Shown piece after piece: positions 23,497 to 35,457 of a stretch of DNA of 64,000 bases (positions are counted from its first letter, which is position 1; the number at the start of each line of letters is the position of its first letter). The notes beneath the pieces were generated by a model. The model did no database searches, had not been told where the DNA came from, and saw nothing but the letters and a program-made list of their open reading frames with translations. This DNA comes from Heptranchias perlo (Eukaryota): positions 8,928,001-8,992,000 of the forward strand of contig NW_027139453.1 of the NCBI RefSeq assembly GCF_035084215.1, written 5' to 3'. The position numbers and the translations under genes are program-made.

Positions 23497-23581
23497 CAGC
23501 CAACAGGAACAGCGTAAAAGTGTAGAAAAGACCATGAGGTCCAATCAAGTTCGCCCATTTATTCCTGCACTGATTCCACAT
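23497..23581 (-). CDS. Orphan type-B leader-like exon MWNQCRNKWANLIGPHGLFYTFTLFLLA
   Basis: 85 nt open, donor G|GTAAGT. Confidence 0.55.
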
Positions 23582-24235
23582 GTACTTCCCTCACCCAGGA
23601 GTCAGTTCCCCAAATTCACCGATTATTCCCCTAATGTTTGTATTCGTGCTTATCACTCTAATTACGGAGAATGAAGAGCAGAGAAACAGGCCATTCGGCC
23701 CAACTGGTCTATGCCGGAGGTAATGCTCCACACGAGCCTCCACCCACTGTACTTCATCTCACGGTATCACCATATCCGTCTCTTCCTTTTCCCCTCATGT
23801 ATTTATCTATCTTCTCCTTCAATGCATCTATATTAGTCGCCTCAACCACTCCTTGTACTGGCGAGTTCCACATTCTAACCTCTCTCTGGGCAAAGAAGTT
23901 TCTCCTGAATTCCATATTACATTAATTAGTGCCTATCTTATATTTATGGCCCGTATTTCTGGGATCCCCACAAGTGGAAACATCCTCTCTATGTCTACCC
24001 TATCAAACCCTGTCATAATTTTAAAGACCATTATCAAATCATGCCTCTGCCATGGCTTTTCTAAAGGAAAGAACTCCAGCCTGTTCAGTCTTTCCTGATA
24101 ATCATAACCTCCCAGTTCTTGTAACATCCTCGTAAATATTTGTTGCACCTTCTCCAGTGCCTCTATATCTAATCACTTACTTTTATACTATCGCGTCTCT
24201 TGTTTGTATCAAATGATTGATACAAATTATTTCAT

Positions 24236-24922
24236 CTTGGCAGATAAAATTAAACGCAGAAAAATGCGAAGTGTTACATTTCGGTCGGAAGAAGGAGGAG
24301 AGGCAATATAAACTGCAGGGCACAATTCTAAAATGGGAACCGGAACGGAAAGACCTTGGGGTAAAGGTACACAAATCTATAAAGGTGACAGAGCAGATTG
24401 AAAAAGAGGTGAAAAAAGAATCCGGCATCCTGGGCTTTATAAATAGAGGCATAGGGTACAAAAGTAAGAAAGTCATGATGAACCTTTACAAAACACTGAT
24501 TCGGCCACAACTGGAGTATTTTGTCTAAATCAGGGCAACGCCCTTTAGGAAGGATGTGAAGGCCTTAGAAAGGATGCAGAAGAGATTTTCCAAAATGATT
24601 CCAGGGATGAGGGACTTAACTTACGTGGATAGACTGCAGCAGCTCGGTTTGTTCTCCTTGGAACAGAGTCGGTTGAGAGGAGATTTGATAGAGGTATTCA
24701 AAATCATGAAGGGTTTGACAGAGTAGATAGAGAGAAACTGTCCCCATTGGCGGAAGGGTCAACAACCAGAGAATAGAGATTTAAGCTGATTGACAAAAGA
24801 ACCAAAGGTGACATGAGTAAAAACTTTTTTACAGAGCGAATGGTTAGGATCTGGAATGCACTGCCCGAGTGGGTGGTGGAGGCAGATTCAATCATGGTCT
24901 TCAAAGGGGAATTGGATAAGTT
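24236..24922 (+). mobile_element. CR1 fragment, paralogous to ~9040-9700
   Basis: WQIKLNAEKCEVLHFG...LYKTLIRPQLEY. Confidence 0.85.
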
Positions 24923-24924
24923 TT

Positions 24925-26260
24925 TTTATATTCGTTGATGGGATGTGAGCGTCGCTGGCGAGGCAAGCATTTATTGCCCATCCCTAATTGCCCTTGAGAA
25001 GGTGTTGGTGAGTCGCCTTCTTGAACCGCTACAGCCCGTGTGGTGAAGGTTCTCCCACAGTGCTGTTAGGAAGGGAGTTCCAGGATTTTGACGATGAAGG
25101 AACGGCGATATATTTCTAAGTCGGGATGATGTATGTCTTGGAGGGGAACGTGCAGGTGGTGTTGTTCCCATGTGCCTGCTGCCCGTGTCCTTCTAGGTGG
25201 TAGACGTCGCGGGTTTGGGAGGTGCTTTCGAAGAAGCCTTGGCACGTTGCTGCAGTGCATCCTGTGGATGGTACACACTGCAGCCACAGTGCGCCGTTGG
25301 TGAAGGGAGTGAATGTTTAGGATGGTGGTTGGGGTGCCAACCAAGCGGGCTGCTTATTCCTGGATGGTGTCGAGCTTCTTGAGTGTTGTTTGAGCTACAC
25401 TCATCCAGGCAAGTGGAGAATAATCCATCACACTCCTGACTTCTGCCTTGCAGATGGTGGAAAGGCTTTGGGGATTCAGGAGGTGAGTCACTCGCCGCAG
25501 AATACCCAGCCTCTGAACTGCTCTTGTAGCCACAGTATTTAAATGGCTGGTCCAATTAAGGTTTCTGCTCAATGGCGACCCCCAGGATGTTGATGGTGGG
25601 TGATTCGGCGATGGTAATGCCGTTGAATGGCAAGGGGAGGTGGTGAGACTCTCTCTTGTTGGAGATGGTCATTGCCTGGCACTTACCTGGCGCGAATTTT
25701 TCATGCCACTTATGAGCCCAAGCCTGGATGTTGTCCAGGTCTTGTTGCATGCGTGCTCGGATGCTGACGAAGCTTGGGCCTAGGACACTGCCCTGTGGAA
25801 CTCCTGCAGCAATGTCCTGGGGCTGAGATGATTGGCCTGCAACAACCACTACCATCTTCCATTTAGTTAGGTATGACTCCAAACACTGAAGAGTTTGCTC
25901 CCTGATTCCCATTGACTTCAATTTTACTCGGGCTCCTTGGTGCCACACTCGGTCAACTGCTGTCTTGATGTCAAGGGCAGTCACTCTCACTTCACCTCTT
26001 TTGTCCATGCTTGGACCAAGGCTGTAATGAGGTCTGGAGCCGAGTGGTCCTGGCGGAACCCAAACTGAGCATCGGTGAGCAGGTTATTCGTGAGTAAGTG
26101 CCGCTTGATAGCACTGTCGACGACACCTTCCATCACTTTGCTGATGATTGAGAGTGGACTGATTGGGCGGTAATTGGCAGGATTGGATTTGTCCTGCTTT
26201 TTGTGGACAGGGCATACATGAGCAATTCTCCACATTGTCGGGTAGATGCCAGTGTTGTAG
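24925..26260 (-). mobile_element. Non-LTR LINE (second family) RT fragment
   Basis: NYRPIS..QFGFR..ALDIK..GVPQGSVLGP with frameshifts; same tail as 19850. Confidence 0.9.
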
Positions 26261-27018
26261 ATGAAAGTACTTGAAAAGAAAAGAATGCAGTTGTACAGGG
26301 ATAGGGCGTGGGAGTGAGATGAGCTGGATTGCTGTTGCATAGAACCGGCTGGGAGATTATGGTCCAAATGGCCTCTTTCCCGGCAGTAAACTTTCTGTGT
26401 TTCCATGATCAGAGCAGAAACAGGCCATTCGGCTCAACTGCTCTGTGCCTGTGTTGTGCTGCACAGGAGCCTTCTCACATTATTAGCATCTCGCACTATC
26501 AGCATGTCCTTCTATTCATTTATTCCTCATGTTTTTATCTACCTACCCATTTAATGCATCGACACAATTCGCCTCAACTGCTCCACATGGTATCGAGTTC
26601 GACATTCTAACTACTCTCTGAGTAAAAAAGATCCTCCTGAATTCACATTGGATTAATGAATGACTATGTAATATTTAAGATTCCTACTTCTGGTCTCCCC
26701 CACAAGTGTAAAGATGTTCCCGATGTCCACCCTATCATTCACTTTCGTCATTTTAATGAGTTCTATCAGGTCGCCTATCAGCAGACAAAAGAAAAGAGAC
26801 CCCGCCTGTTAAACTTTCCTGATAGTTATAACCTCTCAGTTCTCGTAATATTCTTGTAAATCTTTAATGCACGTCCTCCAGTGCCTCAATAACTAATCTC
26901 GGACGCTGTTCTAACTCGTCTCATCTTTTTGTCAAAAACACGTTTGCTCTGCAAAAGAAACCAACAGGTCGAGGCGACGCGCGGTTTTGTGTCACACGCG
27001 TGTTTCCTGCCAATTTGT

Positions 27019-27891
27019 GTTTTTTGTTGAACTCCTCGACCTCTCTGTGTCACTGTGCAGACTCCAGGCGCAGTAAGACATGGTCGAGTGATTCGCCCGC
27101 AGGCTAGAGGTCTCCAGTTTGAACTTATCGCCATTTGGTCGCTTGGCGGTAAAACCGTCCACCATCGCCTCTGGACTCACGAGTTTGGTACCAGTGGAGT
27201 AAAGCATAAACTCTGGCTCGGGCATAATCTTAGAATAAGGGGCTGCTCTTTCAAAACTGAGATGAGGAGAAACGTCTTCACTCAGAGGGTGGTAGGTCTG
27301 TGGAATTTGCTGCCCCAGGAAGCTGTGGAAGCTACATCATTAAATACATTTAAAACAGACATCGACGGTTTCCTGGAAGAAAAAGGGAATTAGAGGTTAC
27401 GGGGAGCGGGCAGGAAATTGGACACGAATTTAGATTTGAGGTTAGGATCAGATCAGCCATGATCTTATTGAATGGCGGAGCAGGCTCGAGGGGCCGATTG
27501 GCCTACTCCTGCTCCTATTTTTTACGTTCTTATGTTCCCCTGGTATTGTCTGTACCAATACATGCAAGGGTTACTGGTGCCCGCCACCGTGCACATCAGT
27601 TCCACTCCCTCCCCAGGAAATCTGGAGACAGCGACGGGCGGCTGGTGAATCCTCTTCGAGTTCACGTCTGGGAAAGAGACGGGGAGAGGAGGATATCATT
27701 AAATAGGGACATTCGGGGAAATGGGTAAAGTGAGAAACAGGGAAAGAGAGAAACAAGGAAATAGAGAATGTTAGAAAGAGTGAAGGAGAGAAAGAACGAT
27801 CGAAAACGTTAATAAATGTTATCAACAAGAATAATGGTTTGAAAAATAATTTACGGTGAATCAAGATGATCAGGCCCAGTAACAGATTCAT
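27019..27891 (-). pseudogene. TRBV: TRBV30-like pseudogene V9 split by CR1 (RSS 27019-27057, exon 27058-27667, leader 27855-27891)
   Basis: CTVAGTSNPCMYWYRQYQG // EPEFMLYS...SYCAWS; CACAGTG-23-ACAAAAAAC. Confidence 0.9.
27220..27537 (+). mobile_element. 5'-truncated CR1 inserted in V9 FR2
   Basis: CR1 3' end terminating in ttcttatgttc; V sequence resumes on both sides. Confidence 0.9.
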
Positions 27892-28694
27892 CTTTTACTT
27901 TAAGCTTCACTCTTATTAAGGAAAGGAGCGAGAACAGCAGCGGTGAGTCTTGTGAGGCGCCAACCCGCCCTTTCCAAATCATTCAGTAAAATATGAAGAG
28001 AATAAGGAAGTGATGCAGGGTTGGACACGCCCCATTTCCCCGTTGAACCAATTAGACTCAATGTGGTTGCTCATGACGATGTTGAATATTTTGCATTTAC
28101 AATCAGTTCAGCAATTAACCACATCTGTATTCCCAAATTTGCCACATGTGGTTAGCGGCTTTTGGACAAAGCTGGGCTAAACCAAGCCCGTTAGATAACG
28201 AGATGCAGATGGTACAACAATATCTGGGTCACACGAGGCTGCTCATCAGTTCTACCGCATGGTTGGAATCATTATTGGGCCTTTGACGATCAGGAGGTTT
28301 CAAAGACTCGCCCTTGATTGGGAACTTGCAAACGACCCCACTCTATTCAGACTGCAGTTAACCCATTGCTTTTCAGAGAAACCAATCGATGAATTGGAAC
28401 ACGAATGGCCCCGGATATAGAGCTATATGGAAAAGGAAGTAATTTCCTGGGTGTGCTTAACGCCACGTTGCTCTTATTTTCATTGAAATCCAACAATTGC
28501 GTCTGAGGACCTTGAATCCAACAGCCACAGGCACAACAAGTCATACCACTGAGCCAACTCGCATCAGTGGGTCAACACCGCAATCTGGTGAGGGAATGGC
28601 TGACCTCCATCAGTTGGCCAACAGAGCCACGTGCTGAGTTCAAAGCTGTTTTTTCTGTCACAGAGCACCAGCCCCTCACCCCCTGTCTACGCCT

Positions 28695-28957
28695 CGCTGT
28701 GAGCGCACAAGGCGCAGTTTTACACGGCCGAATGATTCTCCCTCACGCAGGAGGAATCTTTCACTCACCCCTCTGGACTCACCGATGTGACAGTTAGGGA
28801 GCAAAATATTTTCGCTGCGTCTCCTTCCCCGGGTGTTGTCAGTACTGGTACATGTAAGGTGTACTGGCTCCCTTCATGGTGCACTTCATTTCCACTTCCA
28901 CCCCAGGAAATTTGGAGACAGCAGCGGGAGTCTGGCGGATCTTCTTTGTGTTAATGT
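28695..28957 (-). pseudogene. TRBV: TCR beta V pseudogene V10 (paralog of V8; no leader, LINE immediately upstream)
   Basis: INTKKIRQTPAAVSKFPG..KC..Y* stop, deletions, heptamer CACAGCG at 28701-28695. Confidence 0.8.
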
Positions 28958-28964
28958 CTGGGAA

Positions 28965-29630
28965 TGTCAATGTCCCGTCTTCGCACTGAGGATACCATCC
29001 AACGTGTTGTGTGGCACTACCACCTGCTAAATGGGATAAATTCAGAACAGATCAAGCAGCTCAAAACTGGGCATCCATGAGGCGCTGTGGGCCATCAACA
29101 GCAGCAGAATTGTATTCCAGCACAATCTGTAACCTCATGGCCCGACATATTCCTCACTCTACCGTTACCAAAAAGCCAGGAGATCAAACCTGGTTCAATG
29201 AGGAGTGCAGAAGAGCATGCCAGGAGCAGCAGCAGGCGCACCTAAAAATGAGCTGCCAACCTGGTGAAGCTACATCTCAGGACTAAATGCATGCTAAACA
29301 GCGGAAGCAACATGATATAGACAGAGCTAAGGGATTCCACAACCAACGGATCAGAGCAAAGCTCTGCAGTGCTGCCATATCCAGTCGTGAATGGTGGTGG
29401 ACAATTAAACAACTAACGGGAGGAGGATGCTCTGTAAACATCCACATCCCCAAAGATGGCAGAGTCCAGCACGTGAGTGCAGCAGACAAGGCTGAAGCAT
29501 TTGCAGCCATCTTCAGCCAGACGTGCCGAGTGGATGATCCATCTCGGACACCTCCCGATATCCCCACCATCACAGAAGCCAGGCTTCAGCCAATTCGATT
29601 CACTCCACTGAGTGCACAGGATACAGCAAA
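28965..29630 (+). mobile_element. Non-LTR LINE (second family) internal fragment
   Basis: WFNEECRRA..WWWTIKQLTG..KAEAFAAIFS region upstream of RT. Confidence 0.8.
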
Positions 29631-31945
29631 GGTGAGAAGTGTTCCTGGTGCAACATGTCCGTGGGTGCTGAGTTTTTGTAGGAAGTCTGTAGTGTCACGA
29701 CAGAAGCTGGGGGTTCCCTGTGCGATGGGTTTCAGGATGCCCACGACGTATCCAAAGATTCTCACAAAGGGTTGCGTTGCCTGATACGATAGGACTTCCG
29801 GGTGTGATGGCTTTGTGTATCTTTGGGAGTCAGTAGAAGTCTCCCACGCGGGGAGTACGTGGGATGAGAGCGCGTAGGATGCTTTGAATGTCTGGATCGA
29901 AGGTCTTGATCAGTTTGTTGAGCTGGTGGGTGTGTTCTTTGGTCGGAGCTGCGGGTAACCGTCTGTAGTGTTCCTGGTTGTCCAGTTGTCGGTATGCTTC
30001 TTTGCAATATTCCGTTCTGTTCTGTATGACGATGGCTCCTCCTTTGTCCGCTGATTTTGATTGCGATGTTGCGGTTGGTCTTGAGAGCGTCGATGGCGTT
30101 GCGTTGTGCTCGGGTGATATTCTGGACTGTCTTGTGAGTGCGGCTGATGAATCTGGCGTTGACGCATCTCCTGACAGCTTGAGCTTACATGTCAAGCTTC
30201 GGGCAGCGATCCTCTGGGGGAGTCCAATTTGATTCTTTCTTCATCGGTTGCTGTACCACGGATCCCTTGTCTGCTCTTGTGGATCGTTGATTGTCTCAAT
30301 GGGCTCGCTGCTGAAATCATGGGATTTGTGGAAGAATTCAAGGAGCCTCATTTTCCTGATGAATTCCTCTGTGTCCGCCGCGAGACCGATGGGGTCCATT
30401 CTGGTGGTTGGGCAGAAATTGAGCCCTCGGCTGAGAACTTAGATTTCGTCTGGTTGAACGGTGTGGTCGGACAAATTGACGATAGACTTCCCTGTGATTG
30501 CAACCGTGGTACCGGGGGAGGCTTGGTTGAAGCTGATGGTGATGCCGAGTTTCTCAAGCTTCCTGCTTTTGGTTTTCATGTAGGCAGCGTAGTTCCGTTG
30601 CCTCGTCTGTTTGGCGGTGTCTTGTAGCTGGTCTGCTGTGTCCTGAGTACAGGTTGAGAGTATGGACTCTATCTTGGTTTCGAGGTTGCGGCGTCTGCTG
30701 TAGAGTTGGTGTACGAGATGGTTGCGGAGTGTGCGAGAGGTACGACGGCAGAGTCTCTCAGCGTAATCTGAGTTGTATGTCGAACTGTGTGGGTACCTGA
30801 TCTGTAATCCTTTCTGGATCTTGTCTGCTTTCTTGCAGCTCTGTAAAAACTTGATGTCTGTGTCGATATGGGCAATCTTCTTGGAAATCCTCTCCACTGT
30901 GAGCTGGCAGTTTGTGGTGTTGATCGTAGCCATGATGTGGAGATGCCGGTGATGGACTGGGGTGTACAAATGTAAGGAATCTTACAACACCAGCTTATAG
31001 TCCAACAGTTTTATTTGAAAATCACAAGCTTTCGGAGGCTTTCTCCTTCGTCAGGTGAGTGTCGGATTCCTTGAAAATTACCTCATATATAGTCACAGAA
31101 CAATGCCTGGTGATTACATACAATCTTTGTAACTGCCCGTTATCAAGGCAATGAAAGGAATTGAATAGTGTTCAGACAGAAAAACATTAGATACCAGACT
31201 ACTGAATATACAAACGGCCAGAACCAAAGACAAGGAGGGAGAGGGAGAGAGAAACATCCGAAAAGAAGAGAATGAGAGAGAATGACCAGTTGTATTTAAA
31301 ACAGATAACTCTTTTTTCGATGGTGGGGTTACTTGTAGCTCGACATGAACCCAAGATCCCTGTTGAGGCCGTCCTCATGGGTGCGGAACTTGGCTATCAA
31401 TTTCTGCCCGACGATTTTGCGTTGTCGTGTGTCTCGAAGGCCGCCTTGGAGAACACTTACCCGAAGATCGGTGGCTGAATGTCCTTGACTGCTGAAGTGT
31501 TCCCCGACTTGGAGGGAAACCTGCTGTCCGGCGATTGTTGCACGGTGTCCGTTCATCCGTTGTCGCAGTGTCTGCATGGCCTCGCCAATGTACCATGCTG
31601 CGGGGCATCGTTTCCTGCAAAGTATGAGGTAGACAACGGTGGCCGAGTCACAGGAGTATGAACCATGTACCTGGTGAGTGGTGTCCTCTCGTGTGATGGT
31701 GGTATCTGTGTCGATGATCTAGCATGTCTTGCAGAGGTTACCGTGGCAGGGTTTTGTGGTGTCGTGGACGCTGTTCTCCTGAAACCTGGGTAATTTGCTG
31801 CGAACGATGGTCTGTTTGAGGTTGGGTGGCTGTTTGAAGGCGAGTAGTGGAGGTGTGGGGATGGCCATAGGGAGGTGTTCGTCGATGACATGTTGAAGGC
31901 TGCGGAGAACATGGCGTGCAAGTGGCGCATTTGGGGTAAGCACGG
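29630..31945 (-). mobile_element. Penelope-like element in partial tandem (GIY-YIG 3' end, pseudo-LTR, then ORF 5' part)
   Basis: LRQRMNGHR..VGEHF..GLNRDLGF endonuclease tail; ORF start MATINTT; ADKGGAIVI RT-region motif; frameshifts. Confidence 0.9.
31022..31058 (-). ncRNA. Minimal hammerhead ribozyme in Penelope pseudo-LTR
   Basis: TCAC-CTGACGA-AGGAG AAAGC CTCC-GAAA-GC-TT-GTGA. Confidence 0.75.
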
Positions 31946-32572
31946 GGCGTTTTCAACATTTGAAATCTCACTAAGCACCAGAGAAAAGAAACGTGGAATC
32001 AAACTTTCCCTGTAAATTATGAATATCGCTCCAAGCATATCTAGACAACTCGCAGTGCAGCCGCACAGGAGTTCCAAATCCACCCTCTCGCAGCTCGACC
32101 ATTGGCATTAACTGAACTTTACTCTGGCCCAGTGTCACCGCGCAGAAATCGAGTATTTCTCAGGCACACTTTTTCTTAACATCATAGTTACTTGTTTAAT
32201 AGTGAAAACTGCCGCCCGCTTCACTGTAAGTGCAAGAGACAACTTTGTAGACACCGTGTCGTTTCGCAGACCTGCTCGTTGGACCTGCTCATATCATCTC
32301 ATCTCATTTTCAGCAAACCTGAATATTACTGGACTGGAGAATGGCGAATCACAGCTCGATAAATCAATCCTCTCGACCACGAGGTGACTGAGTCCTCCAA
32401 AATACAGGTGTTTAATGCAAGGTGAGTTTAATATTCATAAATAAGACAGCACAGATTTTCACTCGTTCAAACTTCACACCCTTTACTTTGCAAAAGTAAA
32501 CTGATAGTACATAGATGCTATATTGGTCGCTGAAAACCTGAATTTTTCGCTCGTTCAATGCCCCATATGAGT

Positions 32573-32634
32573 GCTCCCTGTGGCGCAATCGGCTGTTAAC
32601 CGAAAGGTTGGTGGTTTGACCCCTCCCAAGAACG
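32573..32634 (+). pseudogene. tRNA-Asn(GTT) pseudogene, D-arm deleted
   Basis: ctgtggcgcaatcgg|ctgttaaccgaaaggttggtggtt; ~13-nt deletion between TCGG repeats. Confidence 0.8.
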
Positions 32635-33034
32635 GAAGGTCAACTTTTACCTTAAGATTCAAGGTCTCTCATTTCCTGGTTTCTGGTGTTTGTTTTGGCT
32701 GCCAAACAAAATGCCCTGTTTAGATGGCCAGCTGAGTGCGGTCGATATTCCACCATTTAACCTGTGATTGGCTTGGCGGAAATCACAATTCTTCTTGACA
32801 GACAAGTTCCGAAGGTTGCAGGAGAGCCGCGTCACTCTGACATGGATATTTCTGCAGTGAGCGACACCAGACTGTTTCCACAATGAAGGTCACTCCCTTT
32901 TATTTTGGAAACGCAAAATTGTATTCACATTCCGATGGGTTGCAGTTGATTTGTGAGAGATCATGAAAGGATCCTGCAGCGCTGCCTCTGATAATAACAA
33001 CAGTTCTAAGCCGCATTACAGTCGCAGCAAGAAA

Positions 33035-33395
33035 CCCTTACATCCGAGTATTTGCAATCTTACACCGGAGTATCTGCACCCTTGCACCGTAGTATTTGCA
33101 CCCTTACACCTAAGTATCTGCACCCTTACACGGGAGTATCTGCACCCTTACACCGGAGTATCTGCGCCCTTACACCGGAGTATTTGCACCCTTACACCTA
33201 AGTATCTGCACCCTTACACGGGAGTATCTGCACCCTTACACGGGAGTATCTGCACCCTTACACCTAAGTATCTGCACCCTTACACCGGAGTATCTGCACC
33301 CTTACACCGGAGTATTTGCACCCTTACACGGGAGTATCTGCACCCTTACACGGGAGTATCTGCACCCTTACACCGGAGTATCAGCGCCCTTACAC
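33035..33395. repeat. 22-bp minisatellite (~16 copies)
   Basis: Unit tatctgcacccttacaccggag. Confidence 0.95.
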
Positions 33396-33593
33396 CCGTT
33401 AACTCATCAACTGTCCCCAATCATGTTTATCAGCGTCAGGAGCCCTAAACAAAACCCAACAGAGAAGAAATTGGCTTTATGATTCTTCACTAATGTACGG
33501 ACACATTTTTATTTACGGTACTTTAAGGGAGATTTGGGGAAAGTGGCCTCTGATACTCAGAAACTACTGCTTGTTGCTTTTTTTTTTGCAGCG

Positions 33594-33682
33594 GGCTCGT
33601 TGGTGTAGGGGTATGATTCTCGCTTCGGGTTTGTTACTTGAAATATGTGAGAAATCCCGGGATCTGATCCATGGACGAGCCC
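33594..33682 (+). tRNA. tRNA-Pro(CGG)-like gene/pseudogene with 16-nt insert at position 37/38
   Basis: GGCTCGTTGGTGTAGGGGTATGATTCTCGCTTCGGG-[33630-33645]-TGTGAGAAATCCCGGG...GGACGAGCCC; T-loop decayed. Confidence 0.75.
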
Positions 33683-33959
33683 GTATTTCCCCCCGCCCCC
33701 GACTTTTTATCTTGAGCTGCTGTTCAAACTGGCAGGATGTTCAGAGGCATCTCAATGATCTCACGTCCTCTGAATGCATTCTACTTGCAATTGCAATTGA
33801 CCTTGAAACCGCTCTCGGATTTCATCTCACTGAAGCAGAATGTGGCCGCTTTTTATCTGTCAGCGTGGAGGTGACGAGGTTGTGTTTGATAACCGCGGGC
33901 AAACCTATCCGGATATTGGTATTCAGAATGTACAAAATTATGTCTCAAATACTCTGTTA

Positions 33960-35455
33960 TCTTCCAGGGAGCTCTAGTTTTGCATGCTGTACCTTTCCCC
34001 TAGTAAGAATGTGATCAGTCTGTACTGGAACTATCTCCTTATTCAAAGCCTCCCATTGGTCATTTACTGTTTTATCTGCCAATCACTGATTCCAATCCAT
34101 CTGGACCCGATCCCTTTTCAACTCGCTGAAATTAGCTCTTGGCAGTTGAGAATTTTCATACTTGATTTTTCCTTGCATTGTCCTGCTCCAAATGCTCCCC
34201 CACTGAATCATGCTCCACTTGTACCACTTCTTTCCCCAGAACTAAATCCAGCACTGCTTCCTTCCTCGTTGGGCTGAAAACATATGGATTAAGAAAATTC
34301 TCTTGTTCACATTTCAGAAATTGTTCGCCCACTTTGCCCTTACTATTATTACACTACTATTCACCAGTCAATATTAGGATAAATGAAGTCCCCTATTATC
34401 ACTACTCTAAAACTATTGCATCTTTCTGCAATTTACCTGTCCATTTGCCCCTCTATCACCTTCCCACTATTTGGTCCCCTATAGCCTGCACCCAGCAGCG
34501 TAATAGCTCCTCGATTGTTCCTTAATTCTAAACAAATAGATTCTGCCTTTGAACCCTGAAGCACGGCGTCCCTTTCTAACACTGTAACAGTACTTTTGAT
34601 CAATAGTACCTGCTCCCCTCTCCCCGCCGCCGCCGCCCCTCCCCCGGTCCTTTTTTTCATTCCGTCTTTCCTGAATACGTTGTAAACAGGAATATTTAAG
34701 TGGCCATTCCTCCGCTTGTTTGAGCCAGGTCTCCATTATTTTCACTATATCATAATCCCATGTTGCTACTTGAGTCTGCAGCTCACCAACCTTACTTACC
34801 AAGTATGTTAAACACAACATCAGGGCATAAGGGTAGGACAAGTTCTATTGCCCAATTAAATGTTCGATACACTAATGCACGTATCAGAAGAAATAAAACA
34901 AGTGAATTAGAAGCGCAAATTCAGCTTATCGTGCATGACGTGGTGCTCATCACTGAGACCTGACTACAAACTGGGCATGACTGGGAGATAAATATTTCAG
35001 GTTAAAAGCCCTTTAGAAATGATAGGGACATTGGAGAAGGAGGGGGAGTAGCGACATTGAGGAGGGATACTATTACAGCATTAGAATGAGGCCATATCAG
35101 TAAAGGTGAACACGCAGTAGTAACGCTTTGGGTGGAAGTGAGCAACAGAACAGGATGCAAGACATTGGTGGGAGTTGTTTATAGACCTCCGGATAGCAGT
35201 GATAAAGTAACAGGATGCATAGAAGCGGAGAGGGTGGTAGGGGTCTGGAAATCACTGTCTGAGAGGGTGGTCAAGGCAGAAAATCTCAACTCATTTAAAA
35301 AGTACTTGGACGTACATTTGAAGTGCCGTAACCTGCAGGTCTACAGACCAAGTGTTTGAAAGCGGGATTAAGCTGGATAGCTCTTTTTCGGACGTCACAG
35401 ACACGATGGGCCTAATGGCTTCCTTCTGTGCTGCAACTTTCTATGATTTTATGAT
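33960..35455. mobile_element. CR1 endonuclease and 3' fragments in both orientations
   Basis: YDIVKIMETWL, VGVVYRPP, YTNAR motifs; 3' tail near 35400-35455. Confidence 0.8.
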
Positions 35456-35457
35456 TC

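Noticed and set aside
5637-28957. IgH, IgL or IgNAR cluster
   Set aside because: No D/J/C within units, no octamer promoter seen; WYRQ, CAS/CAWS ends and 23-RSS fit TCR beta
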